Shown: in pieces, positions 1 through 9,405 of the stretch
Layout: every line of letters starts with the position of its first letter
Numbering within the stretch: position 1 is the stretch's first letter
Source: a virus
IMG/VR virus record: IMGVR_UViG_3300036761_001135
Span: 32,001 to 96,000 of that record
Strand: one strand, 5' to 3'
DNA length: 64,000 nt
Made by a program: the position numbers and the translations under genes
The notes under the pieces: generated by a model
Databases searched by the model: none
Told to the model about the DNA's origin: nothing
The model's input: the letters and a program-made list of their open reading frames with translations, nothing else

Positions 1-584
1 ATGGCGGCGAAGTTGGGCACGAACTACGGGTGCGGTGAGGCGGGGGTCGAGTTGGCGTATCATATCCTGGAGGACGAGCGCGACAGGTTGCAGTTGGGTA
101 GTATTTCAGATCCGCTGGTAAAGTCGGTCGTGATCTTTTTGGGCAAGCAGGGGGTGCTGCCAGCGTTTTCGTGGCCGTATATGGATCGATGACGGAACGC
201 GTCGATGTTCAATCGAGTGGTGGTCACGTTGGTTTTGGGTGGGACGAGTGCGCGGTCCATGGCGGTAGCCCGGACGATACGCATGTTCGAGAGGATGGAG
301 GCGTTGCGCTGGGTGGGGGATGCGCGGGTTACTCGGATATTGCGTGGCAGGCATGGATCGGCCATCATTATTTCTGGCGTGTTCATTGGGATGGAGTGGC
401 GTTCGGTGAGGGATCTGGCCAGGCATTGCGCGACGCGGCATGACTGTTGGGTTGTCGCGTTGTTTTGGGACATGACGGCTCAGGATGGCTGTGAGTTCAA
501 TGCTCAGACGTTCCTACCGAAAGGATTTTCATAATGGCGTGCATGGCAAACAATCTTCTCGACGTGATGAGGGGCGGAGAGATA

Positions 585-764
585 ATGAAGGTCCGTCGGT
601 CCGAGTTGACCGTTGGTGACTCTACACCGTTGATAGAGGGCTATATTTACGAGGTCATACCATGTGACAATAGCGACCTTTCGGATACGGATCTGCGCGT
701 CGTTCGACTTGGTGACGACGATCCGCGTTGGGGTCTGTTTTCACGGTCGTTGGAGGAGTTATGA
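585..764 (+). CDS. hypothetical protein
   Basis: GGAG RBS before ATG 585; stop overlaps the next start (ATGA). Confidence 0.5.
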   Translation: MKVRRSELTVGDSTPLIEGYIYEVIPCDNSDLSDTDLRVVRLGDDDPRWGLFSRSLEEL

Positions 765-1021
765 ATGCTGGAGAGCGGCATGTTTGGGCGGGCGTTTTCG
801 TGCATGAGTTTTTGGCCGCGTGTGCCGATCCGCCTGCGTTTGTGATGAACTCCGAGAAGACGTTGGAAGAGTTCGAGATCGACGCGGCAGAAAACGCGGC
901 GGAGATCGCGGAGCATGCTGTAAAGTGCATGCGATTGGCGCAGAAGCAGTGCGAGGAGAATTTCGGCATGGAGAGCGACGTGACGCGGATGCTGAACATC
1001 ATGTTGGGTTTGATCGATTGA
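761..1021 (+). CDS. hypothetical protein
   Basis: GGAGGAG RBS; ATGA coupling with upstream ORF. Confidence 0.6.
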   Translation: MNAGERHVWAGVFVHEFLAACADPPAFVMNSEKTLEEFEIDAAENAAEIAEHAVKCMRLAQKQCEENFGMESDVTRMLNIMLGLID

Positions 1022-1051
1022 AGAACGAGTCGAGCGGTGTCACCTGGCTTG

Positions 1052-1082
1052 GTTGACAAATCATAAACATGGGTGGTAAATC
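1052..1082 (+). promoter_or_regulatory. sigma70-like promoter
   Basis: GTTGACAAA ... GGTAAATC; near-identical to the element at 4838. Confidence 0.65.
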
Positions 1083-1128
1083 GGTGGGCGTGGCGGGTGG
1101 CTACGGCAGTGCCGATTTGGAGAAGCCG

Positions 1129-1470
1129 ATGACGACTTATCTCGACAGGTTGCTCACGAGTGAGAATGTAGATCTGAGGATCTGGCCGGAGTATTACGCG
1201 GCGGTGTTGGAGGGGACCAAGAGGTTCGAGGTGAGGTTGGACGACCGGGACTATCAGGTGGGCAAGGTGTACTGGCTACGGGAGTGGGTGCCTGCGGTTG
1301 CGCGGTGTGCCGAGGGCATATTGGGCCAGGATGATTCGCACTACACGGGGAGGAGTGTGATTGTGGTGATCAGCTACGTGTTGCGGGACGTGCCTGGGTT
1401 GGCGTCGGGCTACTGCGTATGGGGATTCCACATACTGGAGAGCAGGTGCGAGCCAGGATCTTCAAGATGA
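1129..1470 (+). CDS. ASCH/DUF3850-like protein
   Basis: motif YYAAVLEGTKRFEVRLDDRDYQVG..LREW..YTGR. Confidence 0.8.
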   Translation: MTTYLDRLLTSENVDLRIWPEYYAAVLEGTKRFEVRLDDRDYQVGKVYWLREWVPAVARCAEGILGQDDSHYTGRSVIVVISYVLRDVPGLASGYCVWGFHILESRCEPGSSR

Positions 1471-1532
1471 GTTGGAACGTAGTAGGTTGATCTGGCGTTC
1501 GGCCTGTGGAAGGGTTAGGATGCCTTGTTGCG

Positions 1533-1552
1533 ACGCGAACCTGGGTTCGCGT
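1533..1552. promoter_or_regulatory. dispersed 20-bp palindrome copy 1
   Basis: ACGCGAACCTGGGTTCGCGT, upstream of ORF 1569. Confidence 0.8.
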
Positions 1553-1568
1553 GTTGATGGAGGAAGCG

Positions 1569-1976
1569 ATGTTCAGTTGCACTCGGTACGAGACCAAGCA
1601 GATTCAAGAGGGGCTGGCGATGAGCGTGACGCGGGTATACCCCAACGGGTGCCCACACGAGGTCGGAAGCCAGATTGTGTTCACGTCGAAGTATCTGACT
1701 GCCAATGACGGGGAGGTGCCGTTCGCGGTGGGTGTGCTCGTGTCGATCCGCCCTATCACCATCGACCAGATGATCCATACGGACCAGTATGCTCAGATGG
1801 ACGGATTTCCCAACGCCCATGCCTGGGAGCAGCACTTCCGCAACGTGCTCTATCCTGGAATCGGGATGGAATCTAAGCTGTATCGACTTCAATTCAGACT
1901 TGAGGAAATGGAGCGGGACATCTCCCGCCTCGCGCCGCGTTCGGAGCCGGAGAACGAGACCGTTGAGGTAGGTTGA
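1569..1976 (+). CDS. ASCH-like protein
   Basis: SIRPITIDQMIHTDQYAQMDGF resembles the ASCH C-terminal motif; GGAGG RBS. Confidence 0.55.
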   Translation: MFSCTRYETKQIQEGLAMSVTRVYPNGCPHEVGSQIVFTSKYLTANDGEVPFAVGVLVSIRPITIDQMIHTDQYAQMDGFPNAHAWEQHFRNVLYPGIGMESKLYRLQFRLEEMERDISRLAPRSEPENETVEVG

Positions 1977-2001
1977 CAAACCATACCTAGCGGATTAAAA
2001 C
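1972..2001 (+). promoter_or_regulatory. sigma70-like promoter
   Basis: GTTGACAAA, TTGACA-17 bp-TAAAAC. Confidence 0.55.
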
Positions 2002-2018
2002 GCGGCAGGAGGTGACTC

Positions 2019-2915
2019 ATGATCGGAGATGTCATGCAGGCGGCAACACGCCAATTGTGTGGTGAGATTTCAACGCGTGTTGCGGACACGTTGATTGAGA
2101 AGATGCGGCGACCTGGACGCCCGTATATCGCGGATGTCTCGTCGATGGACGTTTGGTTTGCGGCATCGGACGTTCACAACCTGTGTCCGCGTCTCTACGC
2201 GATGGCCATGCAAGAGGGTGGCGTCATGCGGGAAGAGGTGGATGCCGAGACGCTGTTCAATTTCGCGGTGGGCACGGCTTATCATAGGGCCTTCCAGGAC
2301 GAGATGCTTCCAGCGGGCCTTGCTGGCGTCTTCCAGGGGTGTTGGAAGCGCGAGTTGAATGGGGTGTTGGAGAAGTCAGAGGGGGCTACCCACGGGCCTC
2401 ATACAGAGCGAGGGTGGGGTCCGAAGCCAGAGGGTGATTACTGGGAGTTCCAAGAGCCCAAGGGCCGTGTTGCTGATTTTCGATTGGTTGGCAAGTGGGA
2501 CGGGGTGCTCGCGTGGCCGGACGCGCCGCACGAGGTGCTGGAGCTGAAGTCGATCCGGGAGGAATTGTTTGGTCATGTGAATCCGCATGCGGGCGGGAAG
2601 CCGATGGTCGCGCATTTGCGTCAGGTGCAAGCCTACATGTGGATGAGCGGTTTGGAGCGTGCGCGGATCGTCTATGTGCGCAAGGGCGCTGGGTCGCTTA
2701 GGGAGAGCATTGCGGAGCACGTCGTGGCGCGTGACGAGGCGGCTATCGAATGCTTACAGGTGGATTTGACAGCCTGCATGTCGGCAGTGAGTGGGGCCAC
2801 GAGGGGCGAGGCGTTTCCTGCGAAGTTGACCGAGTGTCGAATCAAGAGTGATCCTCGGGCGCGAAAGTGCGTCTGTCGAGATGCCTGTTTTGCTGCGGCG
2901 AAGGCCGGGAAATGA
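2019..2915 (+). CDS. Cas4/RecB-like PD-(D/E)xK exonuclease
   Basis: CPR near N-terminus, GTAYH, GKWDG..ELKS, QVQAY, C-terminal Cys cluster. Confidence 0.75.
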   Translation: MIGDVMQAATRQLCGEISTRVADTLIEKMRRPGRPYIADVSSMDVWFAASDVHNLCPRLYAMAMQEGGVMREEVDAETLFNFAVGTAYHRAFQDEMLPAGLAGVFQGCWKRELNGVLEKSEGATHGPHTERGWGPKPEGDYWEFQEPKGRVADFRLVGKWDGVLAWPDAPHEVLELKSIREELFGHVNPHAGGKPMVAHLRQVQAYMWMSGLERARIVYVRKGAGSLRESIAEHVVARDEAAIECLQVDLTACMSAVSGATRGEAFPAKLTECRIKSDPRARKCVCRDACFAAAKAGK

Positions 2916-3529
2916 AATGCTATCTGGGCCTAGACCTGTCGCTCACGGGGGCTGGGATCGTCGTGCTGAACGAGGCAGGGCAGGTTTTGCGGAGTGAGGT
3001 TGTTGGTTACAAATTGGATCGACAATCGACTCCGCGCGACAAGATCGAGCGCATCATTTTCATTGCGTCGCGGGTAATCAGCGTGGTGAAGGCGGTGAAC
3101 GTGGTCAACGATACAGGAGAGATCGAGTGGGAGGCGGGGGTGGAGCACTACGCCTTCCATCAGGGCGGTGCGGTGGCAGACCTCGGAGAGATCAACGGGG
3201 TGGTCAAGACGCAGCTTTGGTTGGCGTACAACATCGCGCCACGGGTCGTTGTGGTATCGAGCGCGCGGAAGCTTGTCATGGGCAAGGGAAACGTTAAGAA
3301 GGACAGGATCATCCCGCTTCTTAAAGAGCGCGGGTTGGTCTTTGACAACCATAACATAGCGGACGCTTACGTGATTGCGGAGGCGTTACGCCGGAGGTGT
3401 GACGATGACGGTAGCAGCGAAAGAAAACCAAGGGCTCATCGTGCTAGGAAGGGAACAGCCGGAGGAGGAAGGCGTGTGCGAGCATGCCGAGATCCGCAAA
3501 CAAGTTTTAAATTTGAGGGATCGAAGTGA
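2912..3529 (+). CDS. RuvC-like Holliday junction resolvase
   Basis: YLGLDLSLTGAG, VEHY, LGEINGVVK, GKGNVKKD, NIADAY. Confidence 0.85.
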   Translation: MKCYLGLDLSLTGAGIVVLNEAGQVLRSEVVGYKLDRQSTPRDKIERIIFIASRVISVVKAVNVVNDTGEIEWEAGVEHYAFHQGGAVADLGEINGVVKTQLWLAYNIAPRVVVVSSARKLVMGKGNVKKDRIIPLLKERGLVFDNHNIADAYVIAEALRRRCDDDGSSERKPRAHRARKGTAGGGRRVRACRDPQTSFKFEGSK

Positions 3530-4283
3530 CGAGGATTCCTGGGCGTTGGCGGACACGCTGATCCAGGTGTTCAACGGCTCCTACTACAAGCTGTGGGGGT
3601 TCACGAATTGGACGGAATACGTGACCAATGAGCTGGATTTCACGATCCGCAAGGCGCAGTACCTGATTCGCACACAGGAGTGGCTGACCAAGCTCCCGAA
3701 GAACGTGCAGGTGTGGATTCGCCAGCTTGGGTGGCGCAAGGCGCGCATGTTGGTTGGCATCGTGACGGCCGAGAACGCGGCGGAGTGGAAGGCGCGGATC
3801 GGGACGGAATGTTCGACGATGCAGCTAGACGAGATGTTGCATCAAAATGCCGTGGAAGCTGCCAATGATCCAGACGGGAAGGGTGCGGATGCTGGTAGCG
3901 AGCGTCAGCCGAATTACAACCTGGGTCGCCCGAATCCGCAACAGAGGCAGAACATGGATCGAGCGGAAGAGCGTGCGGCTGTGATTGCGGAGTGCGAGCA
4001 GACCAAGGATCGCAAGGCATATTTGTGGGATCTGATTGCGACGGATTTCCTGGCGACAAACAGTGGAATTCGCACGGTGCAGGAGTACCTGTCGAAGATC
4101 GAGACGACGTTGGGCTTGAAGCTGATTGCCATTGATGATCGGAAAGGTCTCACGGTCATTCATGGCGCGGCGACGTTGGATCTGTTTGCAGACTCGGAAG
4201 ATGAAGAAGAGGAAGAAGGGGAAGATGTTGTCGATCCTGGTATAGCCGCTGTCGATACGGATCTTTCCGCGAGTGCTTCGTGA
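3405..4283 (+). CDS. hypothetical, possibly DNA-binding protein
   Basis: GGAGG RBS; YKLWGFTNWTEYVTNELDFTIRKAQYLI helical motif; acidic tail. Confidence 0.65.
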   Translation: MTVAAKENQGLIVLGREQPEEEGVCEHAEIRKQVLNLRDRSDEDSWALADTLIQVFNGSYYKLWGFTNWTEYVTNELDFTIRKAQYLIRTQEWLTKLPKNVQVWIRQLGWRKARMLVGIVTAENAAEWKARIGTECSTMQLDEMLHQNAVEAANDPDGKGADAGSERQPNYNLGRPNPQQRQNMDRAEERAAVIAECEQTKDRKAYLWDLIATDFLATNSGIRTVQEYLSKIETTLGLKLIAIDDRKGLTVIHGAATLDLFADSEDEEEEEGEDVVDPGIAAVDTDLSASAS

Positions 4284-4396
4284 ACTACTGCCGAACGACG
4301 TTGATTCTGGATTGAATTCTCGATAACAATAGAGGGGAGGAGTACACTGACCGTGCGGTTCTATGTGCTGCATTTGATTGCCAAAAGGAGGTCTAG

Positions 4397-4831
4397 ATGC
4401 CAGGGGACAATACGCCGATAAATCCGGTGGAAGAGGTGTCGGGCGTATACCGTTTGCCGCAGTACCCTTACGCTGCCCCCTACTATCCTCAGCATCATGA
4501 GCCTGCGATTAGCAAGGATTCGTGGGTGCGGATCGTCATGTGGATCATCCCGATCATTTTCACGGCGGGGGCTCTGTTTGTGAGCGTGAAGACCATGACG
4601 CAGCGGCAGGACGATCAGGAGTCGGCGTTGCGGGTGGAGATGGATCGCAGCACCAAGCTCGAATCCGAGCAGCGAATCATGCAATCCACGGTACAGGCGA
4701 TTTCGCAGCAGCAGGATCGGATCGTGAACAAGGTCGAGGTCATCGACGACAAGATGAATGAGCAGAGGTCGCAATTGTCTGCGATTGGCGAGCGAATTGG
4801 GGTGAGAGTTTCCGGTGGACGTGATCGATAG
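4397..4831 (+). CDS. membrane-anchored coiled-coil protein (holin-like?)
   Basis: AGGAGG RBS; one hydrophobic segment then coiled coil. Confidence 0.6.
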   Translation: MPGDNTPINPVEEVSGVYRLPQYPYAAPYYPQHHEPAISKDSWVRIVMWIIPIIFTAGALFVSVKTMTQRQDDQESALRVEMDRSTKLESEQRIMQSTVQAISQQQDRIVNKVEVIDDKMNEQRSQLSAIGERIGVRVSGGRDR

Positions 4832-4837
4832 CAGTCA

Positions 4838-4868
4838 GTTGACAAATTATCTATTGGGGTGGTAAATC
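4838..4868 (+). promoter_or_regulatory. sigma70-like promoter
   Basis: GTTGACAAAT..GGGTGGTAAATCGGT shared with 1052. Confidence 0.65.
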
Positions 4869-4876
4869 GGTTTGCA

Positions 4877-5125
4877 GATCATGGTCGAGGTGGCTATGGT
4901 ACGTCGTCTTTAGGCGACGGTAATCGAACTGGACAGAACTGGATTGATGTCTATTCAGTTGTTTTTGGATCTAGGCGCGGGGCGTCTCGCGTTGCGAAAA
5001 CCGGCTGCAATGGTGCAGTTGATTCGCGGCGCTGGAAGTTGTGCTGGTGGCCGAAAACGAACATTGTGCGTCGGCGTTAGTTGGCGTGCTTAGGCCCTGC
5101 GCCTAGTCCGCTTTGGTTTGTGATC
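4877..5125 (+). ncRNA. candidate structured ncRNA
   Basis: directly after a promoter, no convincing ORF; stems 4902-09/4912-19, 4937-44/4953-60, 4971-83/5094-5106; 5' and 3' ends can pair. Confidence 0.45.
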
Positions 5126-5167
5126 ATTCCCTTTCGATGGGGAGTGCAGGTTGGATAAGGTGGATGT

Positions 5168-5407
5168 GTGAAGAAGCGATGTTGCTCGACCTGTAAGTGG
5201 TGGCTGTCGTTGGACGAAACGGTTCGTCGGAAGCTAGATCCTCCACGGCATCGTTTTGGGACATGCGCGTTCAATTCCTATGTGGAGCACGGGCCGGGAG
5301 TTTTTCGGGAACTTCAAGAGTGGCGCTCGCCGGGGAGTGTGTGTAATTCGTTTGCCATGCGACAACTGCTACAGGAAGAACGGATCGATGAAGGGAGAAA
5401 GCCATGA
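5168..5407 (+). CDS. small Cys-rich hypothetical protein
   Basis: CxxCxWW..GxC..C..F pattern. Confidence 0.55.
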   Translation: MKKRCCSTCKWWLSLDETVRRKLDPPRHRFGTCAFNSYVEHGPGVFRELQEWRSPGSVCNSFAMRQLLQEERIDEGRKP

Positions 5408-5595
5408 GCAGAGGTAGAGATTGTACGGTGCATCATCATGCGTGTGATTGCCGCGAGGAGAAGTTTGCCGAGCTTGCGGCAGAGCGGGACAAGTTGCTGA
5501 TCGAGGTTGGAGCGCTCAGGCTAGAGGTTGCAAAATTGAAAGCCATCATCGTGATGGACACAGAAAAGCTTGTCGAGATGATCGTAAAACGCTGA
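5404..5595 (+). CDS. hypothetical protein
   Basis: CTVHHHACDCRE plus coiled coil; ATGA coupling. Confidence 0.6.
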   Translation: MSRGRDCTVHHHACDCREEKFAELAAERDKLLIEVGALRLEVAKLKAIIVMDTEKLVEMIVKR

Positions 5596-5608
5596 TCGGA
5601 GCGGCGAG

Positions 5609-6022
5609 ATGAAGGGAAAAAAGACGGACCTACTTTATTCCGCTCCGCTCGATCCTCCGACTTTGAATGTGGAGGTTGGAGGCGTGGGAACGGCGTTGAC
5701 CGTGGCGACGATCTGCACGTTGTGCATTGGGATTGGCGTGGGGTTTGTCTTCGGAATGAACGTCTACGGGTGCCCTTGGATCATGGATCGGTCGGTGGTC
5801 AATGACGTGTGCCAGTGTCCTGACTATGTCGAGATGCCGGAGCAGGGGAAGTCTCCGTCTTCGGCGTTGTTGTCTGTGATATCGGATATTGGAAGGCCCC
5901 CAAAGGTGGGCTTGGAAGATCGACACGGCTGCACATTGATGGTGTTGCTTGCTAAGCAGGATGGAACGAGGTCATGGGTGGACACGTTGACGCGATGTAC
6001 ACCGCGAGGGAGGCGAGAATGA
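5609..6022 (+). CDS. hypothetical membrane protein
   Basis: one hydrophobic segment; operon packing. Confidence 0.5.
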   Translation: MKGKKTDLLYSAPLDPPTLNVEVGGVGTALTVATICTLCIGIGVGFVFGMNVYGCPWIMDRSVVNDVCQCPDYVEMPEQGKSPSSALLSVISDIGRPPKVGLEDRHGCTLMVLLAKQDGTRSWVDTLTRCTPRGRRE

Positions 6023-6342
6023 GCGCCGTTTCATGTTGTGGATGGCTGGTCTTGATATGTGTTTTTTGCGCTGGGTGCGGGAGGACGGTGCGGCGTTTGG
6101 AGGCGGAGAACGCGATACTTCGCATCCAACTTTTAGAGGACAACAATATCCGGGATTCACTTCTGGACTATTGCGAGAACGAGCGCTTGTCGCTGTTGGT
6201 CGCGTGCAGCACGGACGACGAGGCGTTGGATTTCGAGGGCGATGAATTTTGCTTGGAGTGCGAGGCGTGCGTGCAGGACTGCCTCACGGCGGGGAGCGAT
6301 ACGGATGAGAGAAAGATCGATGAAAATCCATATCGTGAGTAG
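6019..6342 (+). CDS. hypothetical protein, possible lipoprotein
   Basis: hydrophobic N-terminus ending FCAG-C; GGAGG RBS. Confidence 0.5.
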   Translation: MSAVSCCGWLVLICVFCAGCGRTVRRLEAENAILRIQLLEDNNIRDSLLDYCENERLSLLVACSTDDEALDFEGDEFCLECEACVQDCLTAGSDTDERKIDENPYRE

Positions 6343-6373
6343 TGGTCAGGTAGCCAAGGAAAGTAGGTAGAGG

Positions 6374-6706
6374 ATGCGAGAATCCTATCAGGGTAAGCCG
6401 CCGTTTGTTGCTGGTAGTGAGACCTCGGAGCAGGCAGCGGAGTCGATGACGGCCTGTTCGGCGACGATTCGAGAGCGTGTCTTCCGATATATTTACGAAT
6501 CTGGAACCAATGGATCGACTTGTGACGAGGCAGAGGCTGCTTTGATGTGTACGCACCAGACGGTGAGCGCCCAGATTTGGGAGATGTCGAATCGTCATTG
6601 GATTTTGGATAGCGGACGCAGGCGGAAGACGCGGAACAAACGAGATGCGGTGGTGTGGGTGGCGGCAGAACGTCCGAAATCTGCGCAGTTGTCGTTGTTG
6701 CAATGA
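6374..6706 (+). CDS. winged-helix DNA-binding protein
   Basis: RVFRYI..GSTCDEAEAAL..HQTVSAQIWEM..WILDSGRRRKT. Confidence 0.7.
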   Translation: MRESYQGKPPFVAGSETSEQAAESMTACSATIRERVFRYIYESGTNGSTCDEAEAALMCTHQTVSAQIWEMSNRHWILDSGRRRKTRNKRDAVVWVAAERPKSAQLSLLQ

Positions 6707-7467
6707 CGAAGTGGCCTGCCAGCGAGACGGATGTTGCTCAGCCGGTTGTGGCGTGGTTGAGGGCGGGTGGCTGGGACGTGTACCAGGAGGTGCGGCAGGG
6801 GCGTGGAGAGCGCTCGTGTGACATCGTGGCGACGCGTGGTCCGTTAGTTTGGGCGGTTGAGGTCAAGGTGCAGTTTGGGATCGAGGTGTTGGAGCAGGCG
6901 ATCTACTGGTCGCAGTACGCGAATTATGCGTCTGTCGCGGTTCCTCAAAAAAGCTCCAAAAGAGGAAACGGTGTGGTGTACCGATTGGCGTTGAGTCATT
7001 GGGGCATCGGGGTATTCGAGGTTGGGGATCCGTCTAAAATGCTATGGCGCGAGGCTGGGATTGAGAACCCAGCCTTGATGGTGAAGCATGAGAGATGTCC
7101 CGTGTTGCATCGCCGTGTACGCGCGGCGGAGATGCGGACGTGGTTGTACGAGGAGCAGAAGACGTATCTCGCGGCCGGGACGGCTTGCGGTGGCGGATGG
7201 AGCCCGTACAAGCAGACGTGTCAGGCTTTACGCGATCAGGTGCGCCAGCATCCTGGGTGTACTTTGCGGGAGGCCATTGTCGGGCGCGAGGTGAGGACTG
7301 GCGAGGATGGAACCGTGGACTATGGGTGGCCTGGAATCAAGCACCATTACCGCGTGGATAGCACGGCGATTAGTTCCCTGAAGGTATGGTTGGAGAAGGG
7401 CAAGGTGCCCGGTGTGCGGTTGGAGTACGAGGGAAGACATGTGCGATTGTACCCACAGAAGGAGTAG
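6703..7467 (+). CDS. PD-(D/E)xK nuclease-family protein
   Basis: VYQEV..CDIVA..AVEVK..LEQA. Confidence 0.65.
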   Translation: MTKWPASETDVAQPVVAWLRAGGWDVYQEVRQGRGERSCDIVATRGPLVWAVEVKVQFGIEVLEQAIYWSQYANYASVAVPQKSSKRGNGVVYRLALSHWGIGVFEVGDPSKMLWREAGIENPALMVKHERCPVLHRRVRAAEMRTWLYEEQKTYLAAGTACGGGWSPYKQTCQALRDQVRQHPGCTLREAIVGREVRTGEDGTVDYGWPGIKHHYRVDSTAISSLKVWLEKGKVPGVRLEYEGRHVRLYPQKE

Positions 7468-7470
7468 GAA

Positions 7471-7851
7471 ATGGACCTAAGACATTGGGGAATTTTCTCA
7501 GACGAGCCAAAATCACTATTCCAAAAGGTATTATTCTGCCTGGTCTTCATGCTTCTAGCCGGTCTTTTGACGCTGGGGATCTTGAACATTGTGAGTTTTG
7601 TAAGGGGGGAGAGGTTTGGTTGGCCATTTGTTGGTAATGGCGAGATTGGTACGGACACTGACACGGATACAGAGGTCAATCTGATTGATTTCACTCGGTA
7701 TTACACGGATAAAAACGAAAGAGCGCGGATTCGTCTGAGGTGTGTGTCTGGGTATGAATTTGTGACCTATGACAGCAATGTCGGGGCGAACATGGTCCAG
7801 GTGATCGGCATCAATGGGAACGGGGTGCGTTGCAAGGAAGATCCGTACTGA
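7471..7851 (+). CDS. hypothetical membrane protein
   Basis: N-terminal TM segment; lower GC. Confidence 0.55.
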   Translation: MDLRHWGIFSDEPKSLFQKVLFCLVFMLLAGLLTLGILNIVSFVRGERFGWPFVGNGEIGTDTDTDTEVNLIDFTRYYTDKNERARIRLRCVSGYEFVTYDSNVGANMVQVIGINGNGVRCKEDPY

Positions 7852-7870
7852 CGGGGCAAGGAGGCGCGGA

Positions 7871-8059
7871 ATGCGGGCGAAGGATCTAGTAGAAATGCTG
7901 ATGGAGCATCCCGAGTGGAACGTATCCGTGTCCGTGGACATCTCGCGTGGGGAGCACGACTGGCAGTTGCGGGCCTTTGGCGAGATCCTGGAGTTGATGA
8001 ACGATAACGGGGCCTTCGTGATTCTCTGCGAGGGTGCCACGAACAAGGAGATTCTGTGA
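7871..8059 (+). CDS. hypothetical protein
   Basis: AGGAGG RBS. Confidence 0.55.
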   Translation: MRAKDLVEMLMEHPEWNVSVSVDISRGEHDWQLRAFGEILELMNDNGAFVILCEGATNKEIL

Positions 8060-8274
8060 TGGGACGAAGGAAGACCGGAATGGAGCGGGAAGAGAAGCGG
8101 ATCAAGAGGTCGGCGGAGTCGAAGGTGGCGAGGAAGCAGCGGGTTGTGGCGAGCCGTCGCCGGATGACTCCCATGAAGGCGTTGACTCCGACGCGTGGGA
8201 TCGATCCGCCGGAGCCTGGGACACAGGGGGTCGAAGTTGTTGCGGGCAATCCGGCAGTGGAGAGTGACAGATGA
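8059..8274 (+). CDS. hypothetical basic protein
   Basis: AGGAG RBS; coupled start/stop. Confidence 0.45.
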   Translation: MGRRKTGMEREEKRIKRSAESKVARKQRVVASRRRMTPMKALTPTRGIDPPEPGTQGVEVVAGNPAVESDR

Positions 8275-8603
8275 GCGGCGGTCATTTTCAATACAAGCAA
8301 CATTATTTCGACGACGTGGCTGAGGAGATCGAGCGCCTAGTGCGGGACAACGACAAGGTTCCCTCGGATGAGGACTGTTACCGTTATGATCCTGACGAGT
8401 CGCGTGGGTACGGGTTTGGGCCGGAGGTGATCGCGCGATTTCGGGAGGCGGCGGCCACCTGTCGGCGGGCGGCGATCATGGCCCAGCGGGTGGACTGGCT
8501 GGTGTCGTCGGATGACGGGCCGGATAGTTTTTTGGAGCGTTGGGACATAGAGTTGGCCAAGTTGGCTGAAAAAGAGAAACCCAAGGATGGCGAGGTGATG
8601 TGA
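8271..8603 (+). CDS. conserved phage hypothetical protein
   Basis: MSGGHFQY..RVDWLVSSDDGPDSF motif. Confidence 0.7.
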   Translation: MSGGHFQYKQHYFDDVAEEIERLVRDNDKVPSDEDCYRYDPDESRGYGFGPEVIARFREAAATCRRAAIMAQRVDWLVSSDDGPDSFLERWDIELAKLAEKEKPKDGEVM

Positions 8604-8992
8604 TGTCAGATGAGAAGAAGATTTTCGCGGAGTGGTATTCGTTGGGCGCGCAGGAGTTATCGCAGGGCACGGTCGAGACGCGGGCGATGCTGGTGCCTGG
8701 GGCGGGCGTGTTGGTGCAGATCGAAGCGCGGACAGCGGGGGGGCGCAACTCGCTCGCGGCCCAGTGGTTGCCGGGCGTGGTGATCTACGAGGGGCGGCTG
8801 GTCGGGGACAAGTGGGCGGAGCGGTTGATGCAGGTGCTGACGGGGGCGCGTCCTAACATGGTTCCTCCACTTCCACCACCGCCACCGTTGAATCTCATAC
8901 CGGAGGGGAGTACGAAGCCGATAGAGGCTCCCCCAGAGCCGAAGAAGAAGCTGCGTGCGGCTCTGAAACGGATTAAGTCGGCGGACGCATGA
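8603..8992 (+). CDS. hypothetical protein
   Basis: coupled ORF with Pro-rich linker. Confidence 0.55.
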   Translation: MSDEKKIFAEWYSLGAQELSQGTVETRAMLVPGAGVLVQIEARTAGGRNSLAAQWLPGVVIYEGRLVGDKWAERLMQVLTGARPNMVPPLPPPPPLNLIPEGSTKPIEAPPEPKKKLRAALKRIKSADA

Positions 8993-9405
8993 CGTTCACG
9001 ATCCCTCCAAAGGCGAACCCAGGTTCGCGTGTGATCTACGTCTGCCATCCCTACAGCGACGATCCGGTGGGCAATGTTGAGAGCATCAAGCGGTGGTGCC
9101 AGTGGATTACGATGCAAGGGGCAGTGCCGTTGGCGCCGCAGTTGTTCATTCCGCAGTACGTCAGCGAGCAGCATCAGCGGGACGTGGCCATGGCGCATTG
9201 TCTGGCTCTCATTGGGCATTGCGACGAGATGTATGTTTTCTATCCGAAGAACGACTGGTACGACTTCCGGTGCTCGCCGGGACAACAGGCGGAGATCGAA
9301 CGGGCGCGAGCCCTGTGGGGCGATCAGCCGCGCATCTTCCACATCTGGGGGACGCCACAGGGCGAGAAGGAGATCGGCGGGGATGACCGAGCAGAACAAA
9401 AGTAG
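8989..9405 (+). CDS. nucleoside deoxyribosyltransferase-like (DUF4406-type) protein
   Basis: IYVCHPYS..PLAPQL..CDEMYV..SPGQQAEIERA. Confidence 0.7.
   Translation: MTFTIPPKANPGSRVIYVCHPYSDDPVGNVESIKRWCQWITMQGAVPLAPQLFIPQYVSEQHQRDVAMAHCLALIGHCDEMYVFYPKNDWYDFRCSPGQQAEIERARALWGDQPRIFHIWGTPQGEKEIGGDDRAEQK
9011..9030. promoter_or_regulatory. dispersed palindrome copy 2 (intragenic)
   Basis: AGGCGAACCCAGGTTCGCGT. Confidence 0.8.

Noticed and set aside
1-534. Overlapping short ORFs at the window start
   Set aside because: I cannot tell which frame is real without upstream context.
2019-2915. Cas4-like nuclease as an adaptation gene for the array
   Set aside because: It lies 13 kb away, is coupled to a RuvC-like gene, and solo Cas4-like nucleases are common phage recombination genes.
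4971-5106. tmRNA or tRNA identity for the structured region
   Set aside because: No T-arm/CCA end and no convincing tag peptide.
6847-6873. Unit 12 (GA TG GC GT GA GT AT GT CT) matches this site at 15 of 18 nt
   Set aside because: The mismatches are non-synonymous, and roughly one such hit is expected by chance across all units.
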